From Octopus bimaculoides (taxonomy: Eukaryota), in assembly GCF_001194135.2 (NCBI RefSeq), contig NC_068982.1, forward strand, positions 187,297,116 through 187,330,943: a stretch of 33,828 bases of DNA. Reading direction: 5' to 3'. Below, one piece after another: positions 1-9,823 of the stretch (positions are counted from its first letter, which is position 1; each line of letters starts with the position of its first letter). The notes under the pieces were generated by a model that did no database searches, was not told where the DNA came from, and was given only the letters and a program-made list of their open reading frames with translations. The position numbers were made by a program, and so were the translations under genes.

Positions 1-45
<45 letters not shown>

Positions 46-62
46 ACACACACACACATATA
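1..62. repeat. (TA)n/(CA)n compound microsatellite
   Basis: Direct reading of the sequence. Confidence 0.95.
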
Positions 63-604
63 TACCTTTATAGAGAATGTGCAGTTGCTATAAACGCATT
101 TGGATTTACCAAAGTGAGGATTAACTGAGGATTGTAAAGTAAACTTACTGAAGTTCATCTACATTCACTGAGGTTAGCCAGCATTGTTAACCGATAAGAG
201 CGAGTACGGTACCCTCTAGGATTATGCATCCTTCAAAATCTGGTTTATATTTATGTTTTATTGGATAAATCCAAAATATAATATAAAGTATATTTTGTTT
301 ACGTCATAAACTGTTTAGAAATTTGAGAGAACATGAAATAATTCCTTTTTATTTATTTATTTATTTTTTGCTACAGCAAATCTCAAAATATACAAAGCTA
401 TAAATAAATAGCATTCAAAAACAGGGCTAAAAAAAAATTCTTCGGATTAAAAGAGTGGAAAGCTTAGACTTTTCCTATCCCAAGGGTTTTTAAACCCATT
501 AATTTATAGGCTAACTTTATCTTCTTCATGTTCTACCGCTAAAAGTGAATAAATATATAAATATATTTTTTCCCATTGTTTGTACATAAAATACTAATAT
601 ACAG

Positions 605-1396
605 CAAATGGATGAGGACAGCTGTGTGAAAAAGTGTCACACCCTAGCAGTTGAGGGAACCTGTGGAAGAGGTAGAACCAGGAAGACCTGGGATGAGGTA
701 GTGAAGCATGACTTTCAAATACTGGGCCTCACTGAGGCAATGACTAGTGACTGAGACCTTTGGAGATATGCTGTGCTTGAGAAGACCCGGCAAACCAAGT
801 GAGACCATAACCCATGGCCTATACCAGTGGTGTATAACCAGCCCATTTAAGAGTCCTCTTCATTCATTGCACAATAAACTCTGCTTGCAAACACCTGTTG
901 AGGCAAGTGAAATCAAAATCGCTGATGTGGCCAATGACAGTACCACCTGATTGACACTCATGCCAGTGGAACGTTAAAAGCACCATCCGAGCATGATCGT
1001 TGCCGGGGCTGCTGACTGGTGCTTGTGCCGGTGGCACGTAAAAAGCACCATTTGAGCATGATTATTGCCAGCGTCACTTTACTGGCACATGTGCCGGTGG
1101 CACGTGATAAGCAACATTCGAGTGTGGTCGTTGCCAGTGCTGCCGAACTGCAGGTGGCACGTAAAAAACACCTTTTGAACATGGTTGTTGCCAGAACCAC
1201 CTGACTGGCCCTCATACTGGTGGCACGTAAAAGCACCCATTACACCCTCGGAGTGGTTGGCATTAGTTAGGAAGGGCATCCAGCTGTAGAAACTTTGCCA
1301 GATCCGATTGGATCTGGTTTGCCAGTCCTCAGTCAAACTGTCCAACCCATGCCAGCATGGAAAGCGGACATCAAACGATGATGATGATGATGATGA
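605..1396 (+). mobile_element. RTE-clade LINE, 5'-truncated 3' end (ORF C-terminus, 3' UTR, (GAT)n tail)
   Basis: 608-802 translates MDEDSCVKKCHTLAVEGTCGRGRTRKTWDEVVKHDFQILGLTEAMTSD*DLWRYAVLEKTRQTK*, the G.R.RGRPRKTW...DL..LGL...DR..WR pattern of RTE ORF ends. One in-frame stop; ends in (GAT)n at ~1377-1396; second copy at 33477. Confidence 0.85.
960..1240 (+). repeat. ~60-65 bp degenerate tandem repeat (about 5 units) inside the RTE 3' UTR
   Basis: Recurrent GGTGGCACGTAAAAAGCACC...GTTGCCAG...CTGACTGG units near 965, 1030, 1097, 1153 and 1220. Confidence 0.8.
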
Positions 1397-1616
1397 CAGT
1401 AATCCCTCACCATATTGTGGTTCACCTATCGTGGTTTATTATTTAAGTTTATGTTGATTCCTCTGTGGTGCTATTTTGCATCTATAAAATAAATCTATAC
1501 AAATTACAAAAATAATATTCAAAATATATACAGTGCAGTACTGTTTCTACTTAACCGATTTTTATCTATCACGGGGTGTTTTGGAATGTAACACCTGTGA
1601 TAGTCGAGGGGTTTGG
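1397..1616 (+). mobile_element. Degenerate Tigger/pogo-like MITE
   Basis: Left end CAGTAATCCCTCACCATATTGTGG; right-end-like ATCACGGGGTGTTTTGGAATGTAACACCTGTGATAGTCGAGGGGTT. The two ends are related by inversion once CpG decay is allowed for. Family assignment is from recalled Tigger terminal motifs. Confidence 0.5.
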
Positions 1617-1835
1617 GATTTGGTGGATTCTAAGTTTGATGAAATAATTTTATGCAGAAGACACATTTACAGTTGTATGGTTATTAAGTCAACTTCATTC
1701 TTTAAAACCCTCGCCCACACACTTATATACACAGTGACATAGTGACATCTGCTCATGGAGGTCAGCTTTGCCTTTCATTCTGCCAACATCAATAAAAAAT
1801 AACTTAGCAGTCAAGTACTGGAGTCAATATACTCA

Positions 1836-2298
1836 GGCGCAGGTGTGGCTGTGTGGTAAGAAGCTTGCTTACCAACCACATGGTTCTGGGTTCAGTCCCA
1901 CTGTGTTGCACCTTGGGCAAGCGTCTTCTCCTATAGCCTTGGGTTGACCAAAGCCTTGTGAGTGGATTTGGTAGACAGAAACCGAAAGAAGCCTGTCGTA
2001 TATATGTATATGTATATATATGTGTGTGTGTATGTTTGTNNNNNNNNNNAGCCTGTCGTATATATGTATATGTATATATATGTGTGTGTGTATGTTTGTG
2101 TGTCTGTGTTTGTCCCCCCAACATCGCTTGACAACCGATGCTGATGTGTTTACATCCCTGTAACTAAATGGTTTGGCAAAAGAGACCGATAGAATAAGTA
2201 CTAGGCTTACAAAGAATAAATCCTGGGGTCAATTTGTTTGACTAAAGGCGGTGCTCCAGCATGGCCTCAGTCAAATGACTGAAACAAATAAAAGAATA
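1836..2298 (+). mobile_element. tRNA-derived SINE, family A (near full length)
   Basis: Pol III A-box-like TGGCTGTGTGGTAAG and B-box-like GGTTCAGTCCC; central (TA)/(TG) tract; 3' GGCGGTGCTCCAGCATGGCC...GAAACAAATAAAAG; more than 10 related copies in the window. Octopus SINEs named OK/OR1/OR2 are known, but I cannot say which this is. Confidence 0.9.
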
Positions 2299-2324
2299 TA
2301 TTTATTTCATTATAAATACAGAAC

Positions 2325-2400
2325 AACAACATGAGAGAATTAACGTAAGCTTAAATAATAAACCGTGATAGGGGAACCGCAATATGGCGAGTGATTACCG
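2325..2400 (-). mobile_element. Second copy of the Tigger-like MITE end seen at 1397, inverted
   Basis: Reverse complement CGGTAATCACTCGCCATATTGCGGTTCCCCTATCACGGTTTATTATTTAAG matches 1397-1460 with 10 mismatches in 64 nt; TA flank at 2401-2402. Confidence 0.65.
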
Positions 2401-2761
2401 TATTTTAAAAGTCCATGAAAAACAAATTGCTTTCAAGGTATTATTTGCATGAAGCAACAAAACTTCTTTCTCTAATGTTTTACACAGTTCAACATGTTTC
2501 CAGCTTCGGAAATATTCTCTCAGAGAATGGTGTTGCAAATCTATGCTGGTGAACATAGGAAGAAGAGAATAGCAACTTTGAATGAGGTGTCTATAAAACT
2601 AGTTTTTAAACAACGAATGGCTACGGGGGGGGGGGGGAGTCCCCCAGAGTAAAACTGCAATCAATTGGGTCCAGAGGTAAAAAAAAAAGAGGGTTGTGGC
2701 TTGGAGTGGAGAGACTTGTAGCGATGAACATCTGCAGCTAATCTTCCTCAGAAAATAATCT

Positions 2762-2968
2762 GCATGAAGGGTTGTGGTTAAGAAGCTCGCTTTCCAACCA
2801 CATTGATTCAGGTTCAATCTCACCGATAGCTTCAGGTTGTGAGTGAATATGGCAGACGGAAACTGCATGGAAGTCCATCGTATATGTGTGGATGTTTGCA
2901 TTTGTACCCACTCTATCACTTGAAAACCTGGGCTGGTTTGTTTATATCCCTGTAATTTACAGCTAAAA
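2762..2968 (+). mobile_element. Diverged family A SINE
   Basis: GTGGTTAAGAAGCTCGCTTTCCAACCACA...GTGAGTGAATATGGCAGACGGAAACTG aligns by eye to the copy at 1836. Confidence 0.7.
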
Positions 2969-3418
2969 TTTGTTTTACATAATTTTATTTTGAAGTAATT
3001 AGTATTAAATATTTCACCAGACAAAGGTTAAATCATAATCATTATAATTACAGCTGCCATATTTCCTGATATTAATCAAAGTGGCAAAAGTATTCTTCCA
3101 AGGTTTTCCATCGTTATATGATGAGTAACACACTCAATATAGATAAGATGGTAGGATGTGATTCGAGGCGAGATTTAGCTGCTATATCTACTAGCTCGTA
3201 CGACTCGGTTGAACGACAATGTATCAAGCCCTTCATGAATCTGACAGGAGTCATGAAACTCCCCCAAAAAGTTGATAAGTGATGTGAGTAACACTTCAGT
3301 ATTTAACATAATTTGGTCCAACGGTTGATTTTAGGAAGAGAAGATTCCATGAGGTGGCCCTCGAGGACTGGTAATGTCGATACAGTTGATGCCTAGCTAA
3401 TCACTGTTAGTCACTCAC

Positions 3419-3563
3419 CGCAACATTAACATAGCTTCCTTGTTTAATTCTAAATAACACACACACATTGAAAAGATTCTGTCGAGCATTTCCGCCTTCA
3501 TTATTAACACCGATGTCACTTGAACGCTGTTGTTTAACAATTCGTAACGCTTCAAATGTTTCG
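3419..3563 (-). CDS. Candidate internal exon (145 nt), product unknown; one frame weakly TNF-ligand-like
   Basis: Acceptor TTTTCTTCTCACAATAG|, donor GCG|GTGAGT. Two frames are open: ETFEALRIVKQQRSSDIGVNNEGGNARQNLFNVCVLFRIKQGSYVNVA and KHLKRYELLNNSVQVTSVLIMKAEMLDRIFSMCVCYLELNKEAMLML. No expression or homology data. Confidence 0.3.
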
Positions 3564-3749
3564 CTATTGTGAGAAGAAAACGACTTAATTGGACGAGTTT
3601 TAAGGACTCTTTATGTTTCAGCAAAATTACTGCATGTTAATCATGTCTGTGTGTGTGTGTGTGTATGACTACCACTGTATGAGTTATAGCTCCAAATAGG
3701 TCAGTCATGAGCAAACTGCGGCCCACGATGCTTTCTGAATGGCGGTTCT

Positions 3750-3856
3750 GCAAAATAAGTACTAGGCTTACAAAGAATGAGCCCTGGGGTCGATTGGTTT
3801 GACTAAAGGTGGTGCTCCAGCATGGTCGGAGTCAAATGACTGAAACAAGTAAAAAT
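3750..3856 (+). mobile_element. Family A SINE, 3' fragment
   Basis: AATAAGTACTAGGCTTACAAAGAAT...GGTGCTCCAGCATGG...GAAACAAGTAAAA matches 2190-2290. Confidence 0.85.
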
Positions 3857-3871
3857 ATATATATATATGTA

Positions 3872-4080
3872 TAGTTGAAATTTACAGAAAATGAACGACG
3901 AAGACAGCTGGGGGAACAAGAAGCAGGTGCATTAGTTTGACGCTCGGGAAGAATAGAAAAGTCTTTGACATTTCGAGCCTACGCTCTTTGTCAGAAAGAG
4001 ATGAGAGGTAAAAAAAGGGAGACCGAATGAAAAAGCGGAGAAAGAAAAAATGTGTTGAGATTAACAGTCTGACCCTTAAA
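3872..4080 (-). mobile_element. Probable Penelope-like element terminal (pLTR) remnant
   Basis: Contains the minimal hammerhead motif at 3962-3999 and ends next to a (TA)n tract. Assignment rests on the known link between this ribozyme type and PLE termini; no GIY-YIG or RT coding sequence is visible. Confidence 0.5.
3962..3999 (-). ncRNA. Minimal type-I hammerhead ribozyme motif, two core mutations (probably inactive)
   Basis: Minus strand TCTTT-CTGACAA-A-GAGC-GTAG-GCTC-GAAA-T-GTC-AAAGA: stem I TCTTT/AAAGA, stem II GAGC/GCTC, GAAA, GUC cleavage triplet. Confidence 0.7.
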
Positions 4081-4300
4081 AACACTNNNNNNNNNNCCTT
4101 AAAAACACTGGAAAAAAAAAATATATATATAGTTACCAGTAGATTGATAATTTCAGCATTACAGACTTAAAGCTGCTCGAGCTAGGCAAAATATATTGGA
4201 AAATTTTATTAAAATATATACTTTTTCCCGAAAGTTATGAGGAAACAAAGTCGAGATGTGTGAATTATCTGTAACTCCTCTCTCTATCCACCTCTTTAAT

Positions 4301-4615
4301 TCTTTTTCTCTTGTTTAAGTCATTTGACTGCGGCCATACTGGAGCACCACCTTTAGTCGAACAAATCGACCCCAGGACTTATTCTTTGTAAGCCTGGTAC
4401 TTATTCTATCGGTCTCTTTTGCCGAACCGCCAAGTTACGGGGACGTGAACACACCAGCATTGGTTGTCAATCGGTGTTGGTGGGGACAAACACAGACACA
4501 CAAACACACATACATACACACATAAATACATATACGACGGGCTTCTTCCAGTTTCCATGTACCAAATCCACTCACAAGGCTTTGGTCGGCCCGAAGCTAT
4601 AGTAGAAGACACTTG
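4301..4615 (-). mobile_element. Family A SINE, 5'-truncated
   Basis: Reverse complement of the 1920-2290 portion of the copy at 1836. Confidence 0.9.
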
Positions 4616-4872
4616 CTACATCATTTGAAACGTATTTCTGGAAAATTCCATAAAAAAATATGCATTTTTTAAAGAAAGGTTTTGAGGTAACAAAGTAGGT
4701 GGGAGCACACTCATACATTTGACTCATTCACTTATAAACATAAGAATTAAAATTACACAGGCATGTCGTCATAGAAATACGAAAATATAGGATGGTCACG
4801 GCTAGAGCGACTAGTTAGGTTCAGTGAGGTCAGACGTGGGACTAAACAACAACGCCTTCCACCAAATATTCT

Positions 4873-5079
4873 TCTCTACTCTAATCACAAAGCCCGAAAT
4901 TTTTAGGGAGGGGTCCAGTCGATTAGATCGACTCCAACTGGTCTTTAATTTATCGACCCCGAAAGGATGAAAGGTGAAGTCGACCTCGGTGGAATTTGAA
5001 CTCAGAACGTAAAGACAGACGAAATACCGCTAAGCATTTCGCCCGGCGTGCTAACGTTTCTGCCAGCTCACTGCCTTGA
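4873..5079 (-). mobile_element. tRNA-derived SINE, family B, with 17 bp TSD
   Basis: Head GGCAGTGAGCTGGCAGAAACGTTAGCACG, B-box GAGTTCAAATTCC, central CTTTCATCCTTTCGGGGTCGATAAATTAA; flanked by CTTCCACCAAATATTCT at 4856-4872 and 5080-5096. Confidence 0.9.
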
Positions 5080-5420
5080 CTTCCACCAAATATTCTCATG
5101 AAACTGAGGCAACCTAAAGAAAAAGATCCTTAATAATAACTGAAATGCGGACAGGATGCTCCACAGATGAAACTGGTGTGAACTTGATTAAATGTGAATA
5201 TTAAAGAATATATAATAAATTTATTGCAGTTAGTAATTGCAGAAATATAATCACAAGGACGTCAATCAACCGTGACAAACAGCAAAAAACTAGGCGAAAA
5301 GAAATCTTAATACAAGGGAGATAACTAGATCAATTCGTATGAATAACCACTGCAAACATATAATAGAAGGGAGATAACTTATATTTTGGCGGTTATTGTA
5401 ATCACGAATGCATATATGGA

Positions 5421-5639
5421 GGTGGCGAGCTGGCAGAATCGTTAGCACGCCGGAGAAACTGCTAAGCAGCGTTTCGTTCGTCTTTATGTTCTAAGTTCAA
5501 ATTCCGTCGAGGTCGATTTTGCTTTTTATCCTTTCGGAGTTGATCAAATAAGTACCTGAGGTCGATGTAATTGACTGGTTCCTTCCTCCAAAATTTCAGG
5601 CTTTTTACCAACCAGAAAGGATTTTGTTACACCCAACTC
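5421..5639 (+). mobile_element. Family B SINE (runs into gap)
   Basis: GGTGGCGAGCTGGCAGAATCGTTAGCACG...GTTCAAATTCC...ATCCTTTCGGAGTTGAT...CCAAAATTTCAGGC. Confidence 0.85.
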
Positions 5640-6794
5640 NNNNNNNNNNNNNNNNNNNNNNNNNNNNNNNNNNNNNNNNNNNNNNNNNNNNNNNNNNNNN
5701 NNNNNNNNNNNNNNNNNNNNNNNNNNNNNNNNNNNNNNNNNNNNNNNNNNNNNNNNNNNNNNNNNNNNNNNNNNNNNNNNNNNNNNNNNNNNNNNNNNNN
5801 NNNNNNNNNNNNNNNNNNNNNNNNNNNNNNNNNNNNNNNNNNNNNNNNNNNNNNNNNNNNNNNNNNNNNNNNNNNNNNNNNNNNNNNNNNNNNNNNNNNN
5901 NNNNNNNNNNNNNNNNNNNNNNNNNNNNNNNNNNNNNNNNNNNNNNNNNNNNNNNNNNNNNNNNNNNNNNNNNNNNNNNNNNNNNNNNNNNNNNNNNNNN
6001 NNNNNNNNNNNNNNNNNNNNNNNNNNNNNNNNNNNNNNNNNNNNNNNNNNNNNNNNNNNNNNNNNNNNNNNNNNNNNNNNNNNNNNNNNNNNNNNNNNNN
6101 NNNNNNNNNNNNNNNNNNNNNNNNNNNNNNNNNNNNNNNNNNNNNNNNNNNNNNNNNNNNNNNNNNNNNNNNNNNNNNNNNNNNNNNNNNNNNNNCATAT
6201 ATGAATACATTATCTTTCTCCAAAACACATTTTCTCTTCATTTAATCTCATTAAAATTTGGCCGATGGTGGTGGTGGTGATTTGTGAAGTTTCGAAATCG
6301 CTACCTTAGGGTTCAGTCCAAGTGATTTTTAACGACCAGACTTCCCGAAGCTCCATAATTTATTAACGTTGAATCAAAATGGCTTTTCCGGGTGATTTGT
6401 TCAACTCCGCTGCTTCTCGCGTCCTGACAAAAAGAACTTTGAGCTTTCTCGATAACAACATAAAGTGTTGAGGTAGCAACCGATAGACTCCTGACCTTAT
6501 TCAAATAAACGTTATAATAACAAATAGTGATTTATTAATAATGAACTTATTGTAAGGCGGCGAGCTAGGCAGAAACGTTAGCACGCCGGGCGAAATGAGG
6601 GTTGGTAAGAAGAAAGTGACGGGGGTTGGGGGAGACTGGTAGATAATATTCAGATTGAAGTATCGACCCAGTGATCAGAAATCTGTGAGAGAAATCCAAT
6701 TCTATTCGAAACTCTTATTCAAGGGAAATAACTCATTTTCTCTTAAAAACGAGATTGGTTTTTACCTTCAAAGCGATTTTCATTGATCACCAAT

Positions 6795-7142
6795 TTACTC
6801 TTTTACTTGTTTCAGTCATTTGACTGTGGCCATGCTGGAGCACCGCCTTTAGTCGAGCAAATCGACCCCAAGACTTATTCTTTGTAAGCCTAGTGCTTAT
6901 TCTATCGGTGTCTTTTTGCCGAACCGCTAAGTTACGGGGGCGTAAACACACCAGCATCGGTTGTCAAGCGATGTTGGGGGGATAAACACAGACACACAAA
7001 CATACACACACACACACATACATATATATATACATATATACGACGGGCTTCTTTCAGTTTCCGTCTACTAAATCCATTCACCAGGCTTTGGTCGGCCCGA
7101 GGCTATAGTAGAAGACACTTGCCCAAGGTGCCACGCAGTGGG
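6795..7142 (-). mobile_element. Family A SINE (head lost in gap)
   Basis: Close reverse-complement match to the family A body. Confidence 0.9.
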
Positions 7143-7907
7143 NNNNNNNNNNNNNNNNNNNNNNNNNNNNNNNNNNNNNNNNNNNNNNNNNNNNNNNNNN
7201 NNNNNNNNNNNNNNNNNNNNNNNNNNNNNNNNNNNNNNNNNNNNNNNNNNNNNNNNNNNNNNNNNNNNNNNNNNNNNNNNNNNNNNNNNNNNNNNNNNNN
7301 NNNNNNNNNNNNNNNNNNNNNNNNNNNNNNNNNNNNNNNNNNNNNNNNNNNNNNNNNNNNNNNNNNNNNNNNNNNNNNNNNNNNNNNNNNNNNNNNNNNN
7401 NNNNNNNNNNNNNNNNNNNNNNNNNNNNNNNNNNNNNNNNNNNNNNNNNNNNNNNNNNNNNNNNNNNNNNNNNNNNNNNNNNNNNNNNNNNNNNNNNNNN
7501 NNNNNNNNNNNNNNNNNNNNNNNNNNNNNNNNNNNNNNNNNNNNNNNNNNNNNNNNNNNNNNNNNNNNNNNNNNNNNNNNNNNNNNNNNNNNNNNNNNNN
7601 NNNNNNNNNNNNNNNNNNNNNNNNNNNNNNNNNNNNNNNNNNNNNNNNNNNNNNNNNNNNNNNNNNNNNNNNNNNNNNNNNNNNNNNNNNNNNNNNNNNN
7701 NNNNNNNNNNNGGCAAAATAGTATTCTCCTATATCAAAAATATAGAAATCCGAAAAAAAAATTTTGGAAAAAAGATTTTTTAAATATCGGAAATAGGTGG
7801 TGGTGTGCACGCGCTTTACCCTCGCCAAAGATACAATTCTATAGAAAATGCATAGAATCAAATTTGAAGGTCACTTGTGGATAACCACGATGATAAGACA
7901 AGATGCT

Positions 7908-8116
7908 AAAATTTCGGTAAATTTTCAGATTAACACCCGCACGATTTTCACTAGGGGGTTAGGGTTTTAGGGTCAGGGTTAGGGTTAGGGTTACGGACGG
8001 AATTCCCTAACCCTAAAACCCTAACCCTAACGCTAACCGTAAACGTAACCCTAACCCTGACCCTAACACCCTAGTGAAAATCGTGCGGGTGTTAATCTGA
8101 AAATTTACCAAAATTT
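7908..8116. mobile_element. ~209 bp palindromic MITE-like element with internal TTAGGG/CCCTAA arrays
   Basis: AAATTTCGGTAAATTTTCAGATTAACACCCGCACGATTTTCACTAGGG at the left is the reverse complement of the right end (1 mismatch in about 48 nt); degenerate (TTAGGG)n, then GGAATTCC, then (CCCTAA)n. Confidence 0.8.
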
Positions 8117-8196
8117 CCACTTGGCCGTTTAACTCAATCAGGCCGTGAAATACATTGTGCGGCAATAAGATATAAACAAAAGCTTCCTATTCCCCC

Positions 8197-8330
8197 TTGG
8201 TGATAAAGCGATTCAACTGCGAAGGCACAATGCACAGCATTTCAAACAAGACAGTAACTGAAGGAGAAGGAAACGGTAAGACATTAGCTACAATAAAAGA
8301 ACGTTATCACTGGCCTAACTTCACCAGAGC
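8197..8330 (+). pseudogene. Possible integrase zinc-binding-region remnant (Gypsy/Ginger-like)
   Basis: GKTLATIKERYHWPNF resembles the G..KT...I..RFYWP motif of retroelement integrases; no His/Cys ligands or other pol domains seen. Confidence 0.25.
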
Positions 8331-9009
8331 CAATTCAATTGTCACACAAAACATGGGAGGGTTTTTCTGCCGCGCTCTATTACAAGATATATCTGTTACT
8401 TTTTAGTTTTTATTTGTTTCAGGCATTAGACTTGCGGCCATGCTGAGGCACCGCCTTGAAGAATTTTAGTCGAATGAATCGACCCCCAGTGCATGTTTTT
8501 CAAAGTCTCGTACTTATTCTGAGGATGTCCTTTGCTGAACAAACTAAGTTTCAATTAAAGCTCATTCGGTCATCAACAACTGCGCCATGAAACCAATGTG
8601 GAAAGTTGCATTACATCACAACGTATCATCGCAGTATGAAAGCACGGCTCCACAGCATTTCAGCTTTGTCTGAACGGACCAAACGACAGGGCCACTAAGT
8701 GGTCGCTTGATCTGCTAGAAACCATAGCTGAATCTCGCCTAGGAGTCATCTGAAAAGTCTGGGATTGTTCACTGCGATGCTATCCAACGAATGAAAGGAA
8801 GAAGGCTGAGAAGCAACGAGTGGAAACCTGGATGGGATTTGGACTCAGAAATCTAAAGAACTGGAACGAAAGCCACGGGCCATTCTCTGAGACGCCGATC
8901 CGCCGCCATAAAACTATTTTGCCCCAACATCATACAAACACTTTATCGATCTAACCAGAGAAACTATATAACATCGGATCGCAGGTGTATGGCTCCATCC
9001 CCAAACCTA

Positions 9010-9500
9010 TCATCATCATCATCATCAACATCATCGTCGTTGTCATCGCTATCGTCATCACCACCACCGTTTTAACGTCCACTTTCCCATGCTTGCATGC
9101 AGTGGCGGGACTGGCCAAGTTGCCAGCTTCCCCCCATGGCAAGTGGGCTCCTGCGCCATTAGAATCTATATATATAGGTGTCCATGTTAGTGCCTAAGGG
9201 GCCCATCCCCTCAAGTTTTAGTATTTTTTTTATTCACTCCTCGAAGAATGCATTTATTTCAGCCTGGCTGTGTTTGTAGACAGGTGAAAAGAATGTTTAA
9301 AAAAAAATTAAATGAGAGCATTGTAGTTGCTGGTGGGCGCCCTTAGTCTCCTGGCAACCAATATTTTTAGACCCAGTCCGCCACTGCTTGCATGGCTCAG
9401 GCAGAATTAATTGAAACAGATTTGCTACGGACAGATGCCCTTCCAATTGTCAATCCTCACCTTTTTTCCAAGCAATGTAATATTTCCCCATCGCCTGGCA
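9010..9500 (-). mobile_element. RTE-type 3' tail with (GAT)n, interrupted by a MITE
   Basis: Reverse complement contains GGAAGGGCATC...CATGCAAGCATGGGAAAGTGGACGTTAAAACG followed by (GAT/GGT)n, as in the tail at 1270-1396. Confidence 0.7.
9100..9386. mobile_element. hAT-like non-autonomous element (287 bp) with 8 bp TSD
   Basis: TIRs CAGTGGCGGGACTGG / CCAGTCCGCCACTG; CTTGCATG at 9092-9099 and 9387-9394. An 8 bp TSD with CAG termini is typical of hAT. Confidence 0.85.
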
Positions 9501-9788
9501 TATTTTCCATCTTATTTGTTTTTCTTTTCTCTCAAGTAAATGCAGATAAATTTTAATTTATTTCATTCTAATTTGGAAATTACCAATGCTCCGCAACATG
9601 AGACAAGGCTACATGGTCATTTAAAACACTTAGGAACTATATAAACGATCGACTTTACTTTTTTTTTGTTCTTTATATATATATATTGAAATTGCTTTTA
9701 ACTGTAGTTTGGACTTTTTGACTGGTCTTTCTAGTATGTTAGGCAACCTGTTATGGCTCGCCTCTTTGTGCTGAAATGTACACTAATT

Positions 9789-9823
<35 letters not shown>

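Noticed and set aside
960-1240. Regularly spaced repeats resembling a CRISPR array
   Set aside because: The units are degenerate along their whole length with no unique spacers, there are no cas genes, and they lie inside a eukaryotic LINE UTR.
1836-1910. tRNA-like sequences (also the heads at 5421, 13996, 16700-16760 and 28370-28438)
   Set aside because: They have A/B boxes but no proper cloverleaf and run into SINE bodies; these are SINE heads, not tRNA genes.
1990-2099. 50 bp tandem duplication (also 4074-4109, and 14555-14977 inside the Merlin element)
   Set aside because: Each straddles a 10-N gap, the signature of unmerged contig overlaps. The small differences in the 14.6-14.9 kb pair may be two haplotypes.
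6313-6504. 63 aa minus-strand ORF with an acceptor-like TTCTTTTTGTCAG
   Set aside because: All frames stop before the nearest donor, and the peptide is not recognisable.
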